From Candidatus Gottesmanbacteria bacterium (lineage in GTDB: Bacteria > Patescibacteriota > Microgenomatia > UBA10105 > UBA927): 64,000 nucleotides of DNA. The stretch is from contig JACRMP010000005.1 of the NCBI GenBank assembly GCA_016214885.1, forward strand, positions 134,725-198,724. The letters run 5' to 3'. The notes below the pieces were generated by a model. That model was given only the letters and a program-made list of their open reading frames with translations. It was not told the origin of the DNA and did no database searches. Shown one piece after another: positions 8,851 through 17,709 of this stretch. A program made the position numbers and the translations under genes. How positions within the stretch are numbered: the first letter of the stretch is position 1; the number at the start of each line of letters is the position of its first letter.

Positions 8851-9999
8851 TTATTTTTTAAGAATATGAATAACTGACGTAGCCCCGCTTCCTCCTACAT
8901 TATGGGCAAGCCCCACAGCAGCACCCTCAACCTGCCGCTTACCCGCCACTCCGCAAAGCTGATCCACCAATTCGACAATTTGTTTAACACCGGTAGCACC
9001 AACGGGGTGGCCGCACCCCTTAAGACCTCCTGACGGATTAACGACTATTCTCCCCCCCTTACCCACCGTAGTTTGCCCGGCGGCTATAGCAGCAGCTGCT
9101 TTCCCCTTGGGGAAAAACCCCAGGTCTTCCATTGCCAGCACCTCTGCAATCGTAAAACAATCATGCACCTCGGCAACATTAATATCATTTGCGGTCATAC
9201 CCGAAAGGTTGTATGCACGCGCTGCTGCCTGTTGGGTGGCCGACAATCCGGTTAGGGTTTTCCTTTGTGCAAGACCCAGGGAATCGGTGGCAACCGCTGA
9301 AGCGGCAATTTCTACCCGGCGAGCAGCTTTTTTTTGTTTCTTGGAGGTTATAACTACTGCTGCCGCTCCATCCGATATTGGAGAGCAATCCAACAGCTTC
9401 AACGGATCTGCAATCCTGCTGCTTTTCATAACCTGCTCAACGGATAACGTATTATGAAACTGTGCATTAGGATTAAGAGATGCGTGGTAATGGTTTTTAA
9501 CAGCGACCGCTGCCAACTCCTCTTCGGTCGTACCAAACTCGCGCATGTGAATACGGGCAAGCATTGCATATAACCCCGGAAAGGTTGCTCCACCGCTCCG
9601 CTCCTCTTCGCTTCCGGCACCCATAAGTGCAGTAGCGACATCCTCCGGCTTATGATCGGTCATTTTTTCTATCCCCAGCACAACGACCGTGTCATACTGG
9701 CCGCTCATGACGCTGTTTACTGCATTGTGGAGTGCTAATCCTCCCGATGCGCATGCGCCTTCCACTTTAAATGCAGGAGCAGTGAGACCCAATTCTTCCG
9801 CAAAAAACGCCCCCAAATGCTCCTGACCGCCCAGCATACCGGAAAGCATATTGCCGACAAAAAGCGCCTGGACATCGGCTATTTCTATACCTGCATCCGC
9901 AAGTGCACCAAACACCGCCTGGCGCGCTAACCCCCGGGGAGATGCGTTCCATAGTTCGCCAAATGCAGTAGTGGCCGATCCTGTTACATATATTTTCAT
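8851..9999 (-). CDS. acetyl-CoA acetyltransferase (archaeal/SCP-x-type thiolase)
   Basis: MKIYVTGSATTAFGELW..., a thiolase fold with catalytic Cys context GACASGGLALHNA, and C-terminal HNVGGSGATSVIHIL. Confidence 0.8.
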   Translation of the reverse strand: MKIYVTGSATTAFGELWNASPRGLARQAVFGALADAGIEIADVQALFVGNMLSGMLGGQEHLGAFFAEELGLTAPAFKVEGACASGGLALHNAVNSVMSGQYDTVVVLGIEKMTDHKPEDVATALMGAGSEEERSGGATFPGLYAMLARIHMREFGTTEEELAAVAVKNHYHASLNPNAQFHNTLSVEQVMKSSRIADPLKLLDCSPISDGAAAVVITSKKQKKAARRVEIAASAVATDSLGLAQRKTLTGLSATQQAAARAYNLSGMTANDINVAEVHDCFTIAEVLAMEDLGFFPKGKAAAAIAAGQTTVGKGGRIVVNPSGGLKGCGHPVGATGVKQIVELVDQLCGVAGKRQVEGAAVGLAHNVGGSGATSVIHILKK

Positions 10000-11039
10000 A
10001 ATTTGTGGGTCATCTTAAGAAATTTAATATAGTCGATATATGTTTTTCGATGCATCTGATCAGATACCAGATCTTTTGCTTTTTTACGGGATGACTGTAG
10101 CAGAGCGAGCCCTGCAGTGGTTTCCCAGACAAAGGCATCACTTCCTGCTCCTGATCCGTACGACACCATAAATATTTTCTGGCCGGGAGACGCTTGGTCC
10201 AAAATCGCCGAAAGCCCCAGCATGGCAGTTGCGGAATAGGCATTGCCGATATGATCAACAACAAGAGACGGAGCCAGCTGAGCCGGCGAAAAACCCAACC
10301 GCTTCGCCACTTCCCGCGGAAACTTTCCGTTGGGCATGTGGAAAACACAGTAGTCGTAGTCGGCGGCTGCGGTTTTGGTCATCTCGAACAACCTGTTTGC
10401 AGCCCCCATGACGTGCTGATAATACGCAGGCTCCCCCGTAAATCTGCCGGCATGAGAAGGATACCGCATGCCGTCCCGCCGCCAAAAATCAGGTGTATCC
10501 GACGAATACGATGTATCAGCAGTCAACCGCGCCGCTACTCCTTCGCTCCCCAATAAAAATGCAGCTCCCCCGGCCGCTGCCGTATATTCCAAAAAATCGT
10601 GCGGCTTTCCCTGCGCGGTATCGCTGCCGACCGCGAGACCATACCTGGCATGCCCTGCAGCCACAAGTCCCGCAATTGCCTGAATCGCGGCGGTTCCCGC
10701 CTTGCATGCAAATTCCATATCTGCGGCAAGATACGCTGTTCCCACTCCCAATAACTCACCAACAATGGTAGATGTCGGATTCACCGCATAGGGGTGGCTT
10801 TCGCTTCCCACGAACAAGACATCAATATCGGAGGGATTATGCTGAACAGCCGCAAGGCACGAAGATGCCGCCTCGATGGCAATTGTTGCTGCGTCTTCAT
10901 CAAACCCGGGAACCGACTTATCGGTAAGACCCAGCGACCGGGACACCTCATCGGCGTCCTTCTGCCAGGCCGCTGCAATATCGGCAATACGGATACGACT
11001 TCGGGGAATATAGGTTCCGTAGGAAACAATGCCTATCAT
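9996..11039 (-). CDS. hydroxymethylglutaryl-CoA synthase (archaeal-type)
   Basis: MIGIVSYGTYIPRSRIRIADIA...DEDAATIAIEAA and the active-site region MEFACKAGTAAIQ; an HMGS/thiolase-like condensing enzyme. Confidence 0.85.
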   Translation of the reverse strand: MIGIVSYGTYIPRSRIRIADIAAAWQKDADEVSRSLGLTDKSVPGFDEDAATIAIEAASSCLAAVQHNPSDIDVLFVGSESHPYAVNPTSTIVGELLGVGTAYLAADMEFACKAGTAAIQAIAGLVAAGHARYGLAVGSDTAQGKPHDFLEYTAAAGGAAFLLGSEGVAARLTADTSYSSDTPDFWRRDGMRYPSHAGRFTGEPAYYQHVMGAANRLFEMTKTAAADYDYCVFHMPNGKFPREVAKRLGFSPAQLAPSLVVDHIGNAYSATAMLGLSAILDQASPGQKIFMVSYGSGAGSDAFVWETTAGLALLQSSRKKAKDLVSDQMHRKTYIDYIKFLKMTHKL

Positions 11040-12211
11040 AGATCCTTCCCCCTCCCCAGCGTTTCGTGTGCCCGCGACAGCGTCCCCTGCTCTAACGAAC
11101 TTAACAATGATATTTCCCCCGCAAGAACCGCGCCCCCAACGATCTCTGAGAGGCGCATCGCCTCAGCGCCGCTTCCTCCTGCACCCACCCTCAGCATGGT
11201 AAGCGCCTCCCTCTGGGTTGCAAGACCCGTCCCTCCTCCTACGGTGCCGAGCATAAGATCAGGCAAATAAATACTCATATACAAATCTTCACCGTTTTGC
11301 ACTTCTGCTGTAGTTATGCCCAGACTCCCCTCTACGACATGCGCAGGATCCTGACCCGTTGCAATAAACAGGGCGGCAATAATATTTGCATACTGGGCGT
11401 TAAATCCCATTGATCCGCTCATTACACTCCCCAACATACATTTGGATATCCAGGTTTCATACACATGCCGTGCGTTCGTTTTGAGAACATCCCGCAATAC
11501 CGACTTGGGCAGCACCACCTCAGCCGACACAACAAATCCGCGGTTATTAAGAAAATTCTGCCATGACGGTTTTTTGTCCACACAAAAATTTCCGGAAAGT
11601 GCTGTGCAATGCGCTCCCGTTTGCTCCTCAATATAGGAAGCTGCCCTGTCGGTTGCGATGGTCACCATGTTAAGACCCATTGCATCCTGCGTATCGAACG
11701 AAAACCTCACATACCGATACAGTCCCACCCCTTTTGATGTAACCGCCATAAGCGTGAGGTGGTGAGATGTTTGTTCTGTTATTTTTTTGAGTTCCTCAAA
11801 ATGGCTATCGATAAACTGCATTAGCTTCTTGTTTTCGGCGAGTGAGCTCACTTTAAACGACGGACCCCTGGTCGCTCCAGCGCGAAAACTGTCCGTTGCG
11901 GCACCCCCGCTTAATGCAATCGCCTTACATCCCCGGTTTACCGATGCCACAAGCGCACCTTCGGTGGTCGCAAGCGGCAAAAAACACGTTTCCTTGACTC
12001 CGGACGTGCGGGTGAGCGCCAATGGACCTGCCACCCCCAAAGGGATCTGAACCGCTCCAATCATATTTTCACAATTTTTGGTAGAAGCCACACCTTCGTC
12101 TAAGGTAAAACTACCTGTGTGGGAGAGACTGACTGATAACCGCTCTTCCAACGCATTCCTACGGGCTTTTGCTGTCGTAAAGGTGCGTAATGATAATGGC
12201 GTATCGTTCAT
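11036..12211 (-). CDS. HMG-CoA reductase
   Basis: Catalytic-domain motifs ENMIGAVQIPLGVAGPL, TTEGALVASVNRGCKA and DAMGLNMV, plus C-terminal MLGTVGGGTGLATQ. The start is trimmed to the internal MNDTPL. Confidence 0.85.
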   Translation of the reverse strand: MNDTPLSLRTFTTAKARRNALEERLSVSLSHTGSFTLDEGVASTKNCENMIGAVQIPLGVAGPLALTRTSGVKETCFLPLATTEGALVASVNRGCKAIALSGGAATDSFRAGATRGPSFKVSSLAENKKLMQFIDSHFEELKKITEQTSHHLTLMAVTSKGVGLYRYVRFSFDTQDAMGLNMVTIATDRAASYIEEQTGAHCTALSGNFCVDKKPSWQNFLNNRGFVVSAEVVLPKSVLRDVLKTNARHVYETWISKCMLGSVMSGSMGFNAQYANIIAALFIATGQDPAHVVEGSLGITTAEVQNGEDLYMSIYLPDLMLGTVGGGTGLATQREALTMLRVGAGGSGAEAMRLSEIVGGAVLAGEISLLSSLEQGTLSRAHETLGRGKDL

Positions 12212-12221
12212 AAGTAATAAT

Positions 12222-12986
12222 TTATAAAAACGGAACTTTAAATATACCCAAGCGGTACATAGCATACGCCCACGCCGTCATGCCGGGGGCGGAACAAACC
12301 CCCACCACCACCGCCTGCAGAAGAGTAACTTTTAACCCAAACCGCAGGGTAAGATACGACAGCGTCACTTTCCACCATAATAGGGTAACGCTAAAAACCA
12401 GGAACAATAAACTGAACAGCACTCCGGGCACACTCGTTGTCCGTGGCGGCGGCAGAAGTACGTATAACACCGATGTAGCTAAAAACCATGTTACTGTCGG
12501 CACCAGGGTGTACGCCCATGCCAACAAAATCGGCCATAACTCTGCGCGTTTTCCAAACAACCTGCCCACCGCCGCAATACTCAGTGCCGCACAAAACACC
12601 CCGCTTACAGCGCCCATGGCGAGGGCGATAAACTGCTGCGTTAAAAGAAACGGACGGAATGATGCTATTTTTACAATACTTGCCAACGCAAAATATAAAG
12701 ACAACAATAAGCCGATATAAACAAATTCGCCCGATCTGCCGTGCGTCACAATACGCCGGTACGTTTCGTATGGACGTGAGATCAGCCCCACCAGTGTACG
12801 GCCGAAGGTAACCCCATCAACAATAAGTGCGCTCATGACGTCCATATTTAGGTAGTCGGAAAAATGAGGAAAAACCCGCGCTGGAGCGTTTAATTCCCTT
12901 ATGGAGCACCAACTAGAACCCGCGCTGGAGAAGCGTGACAATTGCCGAAACGGCCGGTCCGAATATGATATATAACCCTGCTGCAA
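12222..12986 (-). CDS. polytopic membrane protein of unknown function
   Basis: Five to six hydrophobic helices. The likely true start is the internal MDVMSALIVDG at about 12845. Same strand as the sigma factor and the mevalonate genes. Confidence 0.4.
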   Translation of the reverse strand: MQQGYISYSDRPFRQLSRFSSAGSSWCSIRELNAPARVFPHFSDYLNMDVMSALIVDGVTFGRTLVGLISRPYETYRRIVTHGRSGEFVYIGLLLSLYFALASIVKIASFRPFLLTQQFIALAMGAVSGVFCAALSIAAVGRLFGKRAELWPILLAWAYTLVPTVTWFLATSVLYVLLPPPRTTSVPGVLFSLLFLVFSVTLLWWKVTLSYLTLRFGLKVTLLQAVVVGVCSAPGMTAWAYAMYRLGIFKVPFL

Positions 12987-13143
12987 CCAGAAGACTCACC
13001 CCTACAAACCACGGCAGCGGTGTCACCTTAAGCCGCTTCGTCATCTGCTTATATAGTTGCGTTAAAGGACCCAAGGTTTGCGGTGGAATATCTGTCACCT
13101 CTTCCCACCGTTTTACAAATTTTTGATATGTAGCGTCAGGCAT
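12913..13143 (-). CDS. small single-pass membrane protein, candidate anti-sigma factor
   Basis: 76 aa with a cytoplasmic N-terminal part and one TM (LPWFVGVSLLVAAGLYIIFGPAV). It lies immediately downstream of the ECF sigma gene, 3 nt after its stop. Confidence 0.3.
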   Translation of the reverse strand: MPDATYQKFVKRWEEVTDIPPQTLGPLTQLYKQMTKRLKVTPLPWFVGVSLLVAAGLYIIFGPAVSAIVTLLQRGF

Positions 13144-13145
13144 AG

Positions 13146-13706
13146 TTATAATGACAAAAACACTTCGACAAACGCACGCCTTGCTCTAAACAGCCGTGAT
13201 TCTGCGCTCTTAAAGCTGATTGAAAGCTCTCGGGCAATATCTTCAACACTCACGTGCTCCAGATATTTAAGCACCAGCACCCTCCGGTGTACGGGAATGA
13301 GGCGCCGCATAGCGGCCTGAATTTTTTCTTTCACCAACGAAACATCAAGCTCTTCTTCCGGCCCCAACATGGGAGAAACCAGAAATTCAAGCTGCGGCAT
13401 TTGCGAAAACACAATGTGTTTTAATTTCTTTTTTCGGTAATAGTCGATGATCTTGTGCTGACAGATAGAGAACAGGTATGTTCGCACCGAACTTTTTTGC
13501 TGAAAATCCCGCAGACCCTCCAAAAATGAAAAGAGCGTGTCCTGAAGTATTTCCTCTGCATCCTCTGCTGTTTTAACCTTGGTGATGATATACCGGCGGA
13601 GCTGGGGCGCATAGGTACGGTAAAAAATACCTGCTGCCTGCCGGTCATGAGCAAATAGCCTGGTAATCAGCTGTGCGTCATCCATGGGATGCCCCCACTT
13701 TACCAT
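13146..13706 (-). CDS. ECF-family RNA polymerase sigma-70 factor
   Basis: Region 2 LQDTLFSFLEGLRDFQQKSSVRTYLFSICQHKIIDYYRKKK and region 4 LKYLEHVSVEDIARELSISFKSAESRLFRARR. Confidence 0.75.
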   Translation of the reverse strand: MVKWGHPMDDAQLITRLFAHDRQAAGIFYRTYAPQLRRYIITKVKTAEDAEEILQDTLFSFLEGLRDFQQKSSVRTYLFSICQHKIIDYYRKKKLKHIVFSQMPQLEFLVSPMLGPEEELDVSLVKEKIQAAMRRLIPVHRRVLVLKYLEHVSVEDIARELSISFKSAESRLFRARRAFVEVFLSL

Positions 13707-13708
13707 AA

Positions 13709-14056
13709 TTGACGCATCCGCTCAATTTTAGGTACACTGAAAGTATGTTTGAACAGGTGCTGGCCCAATCCGAAGATTTACAGGCGCTCGCCCCCAATCC
13801 CGGGCTTACATCGTTTGGCATGCTTATTACCGCAATTGTAAAGAATTCATTCGTTTTAGCAGGTATTATCAGCTTTATTTTGTTGATTTTCGGCGGATTT
13901 AACGTTATAGTAGCCGCAGGAGACGCCAAAAAGGCTCAACAGGGCAAAGCGGCAATTACAGGAGCCGTCACCGGACTGCTTCTGGTGCTTGGTTCTTTTT
14001 GGCTTGTCCAGATTATAGAAGTAATAACGGGTCTCAAGCTATTGAGTCCGCAATAA
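13709..14056 (+). CDS. TrbC/VirB2-like T4SS mini-pilin paralog
   Basis: Core FVLAGIISFILLIFGGFNVIVAAGDAKKAQQGKAAITGAVTGLLLVLGSFWLVQ. The likely true start is the internal MFEQVLAQ at 13745, which matches the xxLAQ leader of the other paralogs. Confidence 0.65.
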   Translation: MTHPLNFRYTESMFEQVLAQSEDLQALAPNPGLTSFGMLITAIVKNSFVLAGIISFILLIFGGFNVIVAAGDAKKAQQGKAAITGAVTGLLLVLGSFWLVQIIEVITGLKLLSPQ

Positions 14057-14065
14057 CACGAAATT

Positions 14066-14425
14066 ATGAAGCTGCTCGCACAGGCCGGAGAAATAGTCGG
14101 TTCAATAGAAAGCCCGCTTTCCAGCACCGGATACGGGAGCATATCATCGGGGGCTGTTGGATTGTTTATCACCAACGTTATCCGCTTGGCATTTGTCGCC
14201 GCCGGTATTTACGCCCTGTTTAACTTCATAATCGCCGGGTATTCATACATGAATGCTGCAGGTGACAGTAAAAAATTATCAGAAGCGTGGAGCCGTATCT
14301 GGCAATCCCTCATGGGTCTGGTTATTATTGTCGGATCATTTGCCCTCGCGTCATTGTTTGGCTACCTTATTTTCGGAAACGCCGGGTATATATTAAATCC
14401 GACTATCTACGGGCCCGGAGAATAA
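14066..14425 (+). CDS. TrbC/VirB2-like T4SS mini-pilin paralog
   Basis: MKLLAQ leader; core FVAAGIYALFNFIIAGYSYMNAAGDSKKLSEAWSRIWQSLMGLVIIVGSF. Confidence 0.65.
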   Translation: MKLLAQAGEIVGSIESPLSSTGYGSISSGAVGLFITNVIRLAFVAAGIYALFNFIIAGYSYMNAAGDSKKLSEAWSRIWQSLMGLVIIVGSFALASLFGYLIFGNAGYILNPTIYGPGE

Positions 14426-14426
14426 T

Positions 14427-14792
14427 ATGCGTGAACTTGCATTAGAATTAGGTCAAATCGGCGGCGAAGGCCTGGGGCCATTCGGATCAAACCCGGGCGA
14501 CGGGCTGACCGGCATCACCAGCATAGTTTCTTCTGTCATCGGCATCATGACAATAGCAGCAGGCATATGGTTCCTGTTCCAATTCATTATCGGAGGATTT
14601 AATTGGATCAACGCCGGAGGCGATAAAGCAAAGCTCCAGACATCCAAAGACAGACTTACCAATGCGTTTGTCGGGCTTATTGTCGTCGTTGCCGGGTGGG
14701 CAATCTTAGCCCTTGCAGGCACATTCTTTAATGTTGATTTCACCATATCAAATCCGGGCTCCCTGTTGCAGCAGCTGAGTCCGAACCGATAA
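14427..14792 (+). CDS. TrbC/VirB2-like T4SS mini-pilin paralog
   Basis: Core IAAGIWFLFQFIIGGFNWINAGGDKAKLQTSKDRLTNAFVGLIVVVAGWAILA. Confidence 0.65.
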   Translation: MRELALELGQIGGEGLGPFGSNPGDGLTGITSIVSSVIGIMTIAAGIWFLFQFIIGGFNWINAGGDKAKLQTSKDRLTNAFVGLIVVVAGWAILALAGTFFNVDFTISNPGSLLQQLSPNR

Positions 14793-14796
14793 CACT

Positions 14797-15138
14797 ATGA
14801 ACACTCTCGCCCAAATAGTAAATCCAGTACTCCCCGGCGCTCTGGGAAGCGGCGGCAACAGCACCGGGCCATCAGCGCTGGGCTCAATTATCAGCTCGCT
14901 TGTGGGTGTTTTTCTTATTCTTGCCTTCATTTCCGCCCTGCTTTACATGTTTCTTGGCGGATTTGACTGGATCACGAGCGGAGGCGACAAAACGAAACTT
15001 CAATCATCCCGGGACAAGATCACCAACTCCCTGGTAGGTCTTGTTGTTGTCGGAGCATCGTGGGCGGTTATGATGATTGTCGGCAACTTTATGGGCATTG
15101 ATTTCCCTAACCTACCTATTCCTGTTATCGGCAATTAA
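14797..15138 (+). CDS. TrbC/VirB2-like T4SS mini-pilin paralog
   Basis: MNTLAQ leader; core LYMFLGGFDWITSGGDKTKLQSSRDKITNSLVGLVVVGASWAVMM. Confidence 0.65.
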   Translation: MNTLAQIVNPVLPGALGSGGNSTGPSALGSIISSLVGVFLILAFISALLYMFLGGFDWITSGGDKTKLQSSRDKITNSLVGLVVVGASWAVMMIVGNFMGIDFPNLPIPVIGN

Positions 15139-15198
15139 CCAAGAGTGATAGGCTAAACCAAGAAAAAATAAACCTGTTTATTGACAAACCGAGTTTTG

Positions 15199-15228
15199 TT
15201 GCGCAAAAATGGAAGGTAGTGGTATAAT
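15199..15228 (+). promoter_or_regulatory. candidate sigma-70-type promoter upstream of pilin paralog 15263
   Basis: TTGCGC (15199..15204), an 18-nt spacer, then TATAAT (15223..15228), and AAAGGA 8 nt before the ATG at 15263. It lies in the only sizeable gap inside the pilin array. Confidence 0.35.
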
Positions 15229-15262
15229 AAAGCTTGTATTGATTTGACGAAAGGATTCATTT

Positions 15263-15592
15263 ATGCAAAAAGTATTTGCCCAAGCAGCACTGGATGTTAA
15301 ACAGCCGGACACTATCAAAATCACCGACATCGGCAAACTGATCAGTGCCCTCGTCGGAACCGTTCTTATCATCGCAGCGCTTTTGGCATTTCTTTACCTC
15401 ATCCTGGGAGGCATTAAGTGGATCACCTCCGGCGGCGACAAGGCCGGTATGGAAGAGGCGCGTAACAAAATTACCCACGCCATCGTCGGACTCATCATTG
15501 TCGGCTCTGCCTGGGCAGTGATGACGCTCGTCCAAAACTTCTTGGGCGTGCAGATCATCGGTGGTTCCATAAACTTCCCGAAGCCATACTAA
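15263..15592 (+). CDS. TrbC/VirB2-like T4SS mini-pilin paralog
   Basis: MQKVFAQ leader; core LYLILGGIKWITSGGDKAGMEEARNKITHAIVGLIIVGSAWAVMT. Confidence 0.65.
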   Translation: MQKVFAQAALDVKQPDTIKITDIGKLISALVGTVLIIAALLAFLYLILGGIKWITSGGDKAGMEEARNKITHAIVGLIIVGSAWAVMTLVQNFLGVQIIGGSINFPKPY

Positions 15593-15651
15593 CCGTTCAC
15601 AAAACGATTTTGGGCTTTACTCTGTAAGACTCCTGGGGGATAATATTATAT

Positions 15652-15948
15652 ATGGAAAGCTGCTCGATAGACGGCGTTGTACAAATCACCTGTATCATCC
15701 CGCTCGTTGCCAATGTAATCCGCGCTGTAGTGGCATTAGGCGCAGTAGCTCTGTTTGTCATGCTTCTTGCAGGAGGATTTAATTTCCTGTTTTCTTCCGG
15801 CGATCAAAAAAAACTTGAAGCTGCACGGGGCACCGTAACCCAGGCAATTGTTGGTATTATTATCATGTCTGTAGCATTCCTTATCTTACGCACCATACAA
15901 TTATTTACGGGAGTTGACGTGTCTACACTGCAGTTTCCTACACCGTAG
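15652..15948 (+). CDS. TrbC/VirB2-like T4SS mini-pilin paralog (shortest)
   Basis: Core VMLLAGGFNFLFSSGDQKKLEAARGTVTQAIVGIIIMSVAFLILR. Confidence 0.6.
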   Translation: MESCSIDGVVQITCIIPLVANVIRAVVALGAVALFVMLLAGGFNFLFSSGDQKKLEAARGTVTQAIVGIIIMSVAFLILRTIQLFTGVDVSTLQFPTP

Positions 15949-16000
15949 ATACAGAATTCGAGTTGACGGCATGGCTCATTATTAATGATAATAGACAGGC

Positions 16001-17626
16001 ATGAAGCGATTATTTTTAACCATCACCGGACTCATTCTGGCACTTGCTGTTTCAGTAAACCCGCTCCGTGTATACGCACAGGGTGCTGATGCCGCCGCAA
16101 CAACAGCTCCCGCAGCTGGTGAATGCGATTCCTGGTTTGTGGCTCCGGTCACTTGTCTTTTGGAACCGATAACCAAAGGTGTTGCGGGATCCCTCAATAA
16201 ACAAATCGGCGACATCGGCACAGCAACATTTGCCATGGGGCAAATGGTTATTGCCGGCATGGGACTATGCGATTCTGAATGCAATCCGAATTGTCCCAAG
16301 GGAGTGAGTTTCCAGCACAGTGCAGTTGCCGGTCTTTCGACGACGGCGCTTGCGATGTACCAAAATCCTCCCGCAGAAACCAAAACCTATATTGCCGATG
16401 TCGGAAGAACCCTAGGATTCATGCCGAGAGTGCAGGCACAGGGAATCGGATTCTCCGGTCTTTCTGCACTTCTTGACCTGTGGAAAGCATTTAGAAATAT
16501 TGCCTATGCCCTGCTCGCCATCATCCTTATTGTCGTAGGCTTTATGGTCATGTTCCGGAAGAAAATTGACCCCAAGACTGTAGTGACGGTACAAAACGCA
16601 ATCCCACGCATCGTTATCGCCCTTCTTCTGGTTACCTTCTCTTATGCCATAGTAGGTGTCATGATTGATCTGATGTATCTGGCGATCGTGCTTATTGTTT
16701 CTATCGTTGCCGGAGCAGCGGGACCTTCTCTGGGACAATCAGTGAGCCTGTTTACAACAGGTGGCTCATGTGTAGGCGCCGGCAGCGGAGCGGCGGTAGA
16801 AATCGGCGGGGGCACCGCAACCACCCAGCAAGTTTCCACAATACTGTTTAACGGCGGCGTCGGCGGACTTATGCAGTTTTTTATGGGAAGCGGATTTCAG
16901 GCGTGGGACGATATTGCCTCCATGCTTACCGGAGGATTTGACGCAAAAACTACCGCAGCATACTTTATTGTCCCCGGTCTAATCGGCGCACTCGTCGGCG
17001 GCGGAAAAGGATTGTTTACCGGTCTTGTATCAGCGCCCATACTATTAACACTTATTATCCTTATCGTCTTAATCTTCGGGTTTATCCGACTTGTATTCAT
17101 GCTTATTGATGCGTATATCAATATCATCATTTCGTTACTCACTGCCCCATTCCACCTTATGATGGAGGCAATTCCGGGAACCAATGCGTTTTCCAACTGG
17201 TTTAAGAACCTATTATCCAAAATAATAGTATTCCCGATAACTGCGGTGTTACTTCTGGTTGCGGCGGTCTTGACCAGCCAGAATGTCGCTACCAAGATAT
17301 GGGCACCACCCATGCTTTCGAGCGGCGGCGGCGCGTTTGGCATGGCTGGTATTATCGGACTCGGCATGCTGCTTGTTATCCCGACCGTAGTTGCGGGCAT
17401 CCAAAAAGGACTTAAGGCAGAACCTCTGGTGCCGGGCGGAGTGGCGCCTATATTCGGTCCATTGGGAAGCGGCGTCGGACAACTCTTCTCGTTGGTATAT
17501 CAGGCGTCATTTGTCTCGAGTGCGCTACGGCACAAACCAGACGACAGAAGCGGTATGCAATTAGCACGCGAAGGCTCAACAAAGGGCTTGGGTGCCATCA
17601 CCGGTGGCGGCAGCGGCGGCCATTAA
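16001..17626 (+). CDS. VirB6/TrbL-like polytopic T4SS membrane protein with signal peptide
   Basis: Signal peptide MKRLFLTITGLILALAVSVNPLRVYA, a periplasmic Cys-containing N-domain, then at least six TM helices rich in Gly/Ala, and a Gly-rich tail ...GGGSGGH. It directly follows the pilin array. Confidence 0.55.
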   Translation: MKRLFLTITGLILALAVSVNPLRVYAQGADAAATTAPAAGECDSWFVAPVTCLLEPITKGVAGSLNKQIGDIGTATFAMGQMVIAGMGLCDSECNPNCPKGVSFQHSAVAGLSTTALAMYQNPPAETKTYIADVGRTLGFMPRVQAQGIGFSGLSALLDLWKAFRNIAYALLAIILIVVGFMVMFRKKIDPKTVVTVQNAIPRIVIALLLVTFSYAIVGVMIDLMYLAIVLIVSIVAGAAGPSLGQSVSLFTTGGSCVGAGSGAAVEIGGGTATTQQVSTILFNGGVGGLMQFFMGSGFQAWDDIASMLTGGFDAKTTAAYFIVPGLIGALVGGGKGLFTGLVSAPILLTLIILIVLIFGFIRLVFMLIDAYINIIISLLTAPFHLMMEAIPGTNAFSNWFKNLLSKIIVFPITAVLLLVAAVLTSQNVATKIWAPPMLSSGGGAFGMAGIIGLGMLLVIPTVVAGIQKGLKAEPLVPGGVAPIFGPLGSGVGQLFSLVYQASFVSSALRHKPDDRSGMQLAREGSTKGLGAITGGGSGGH

Positions 17627-17709
17627 TCTCCCCTAATAGATTGATGTTTTTCTCCCGGGAAATAATTCGTGCACGCGGGCTACTCACGGTAACGCAGCGT
17701 CACAAAAAC

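Noticed and set aside
10194-11270. Several 60-160-aa ORFs on both strands inside the HMG-CoA synthase and reductase genes (for example 10794..11270 plus, 10781..11029 minus)
   Set aside because: They are nested in well-supported enzyme genes, have Arg/Pro/Cys-rich composition and lack start context. Spurious.
15949-16000. Possible terminator after the pilin array (palindromic TTATTAATGATAAT)
   Set aside because: The symmetry is imperfect, the sequence is AT-only with no GC-rich stem, and no T-tract follows. Not convincing as an intrinsic terminator.
16897-17400. 167-aa minus-strand ORF inside the VirB6-like gene; also 16412..16738 and 16642..16839
   Set aside because: They are antisense to a long, coherent multi-TM ORF; the Gly/Ala-rich codons of the sense strand generate open antisense frames.
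17627-17709. Possible bidirectional terminator between the convergent VirB6-like and 1205-aa genes (CCCGGG...CGCGGG)
   Set aside because: The two arms are not reverse complements of each other (CCCGGG versus CGCGGG), so no stable hairpin forms.
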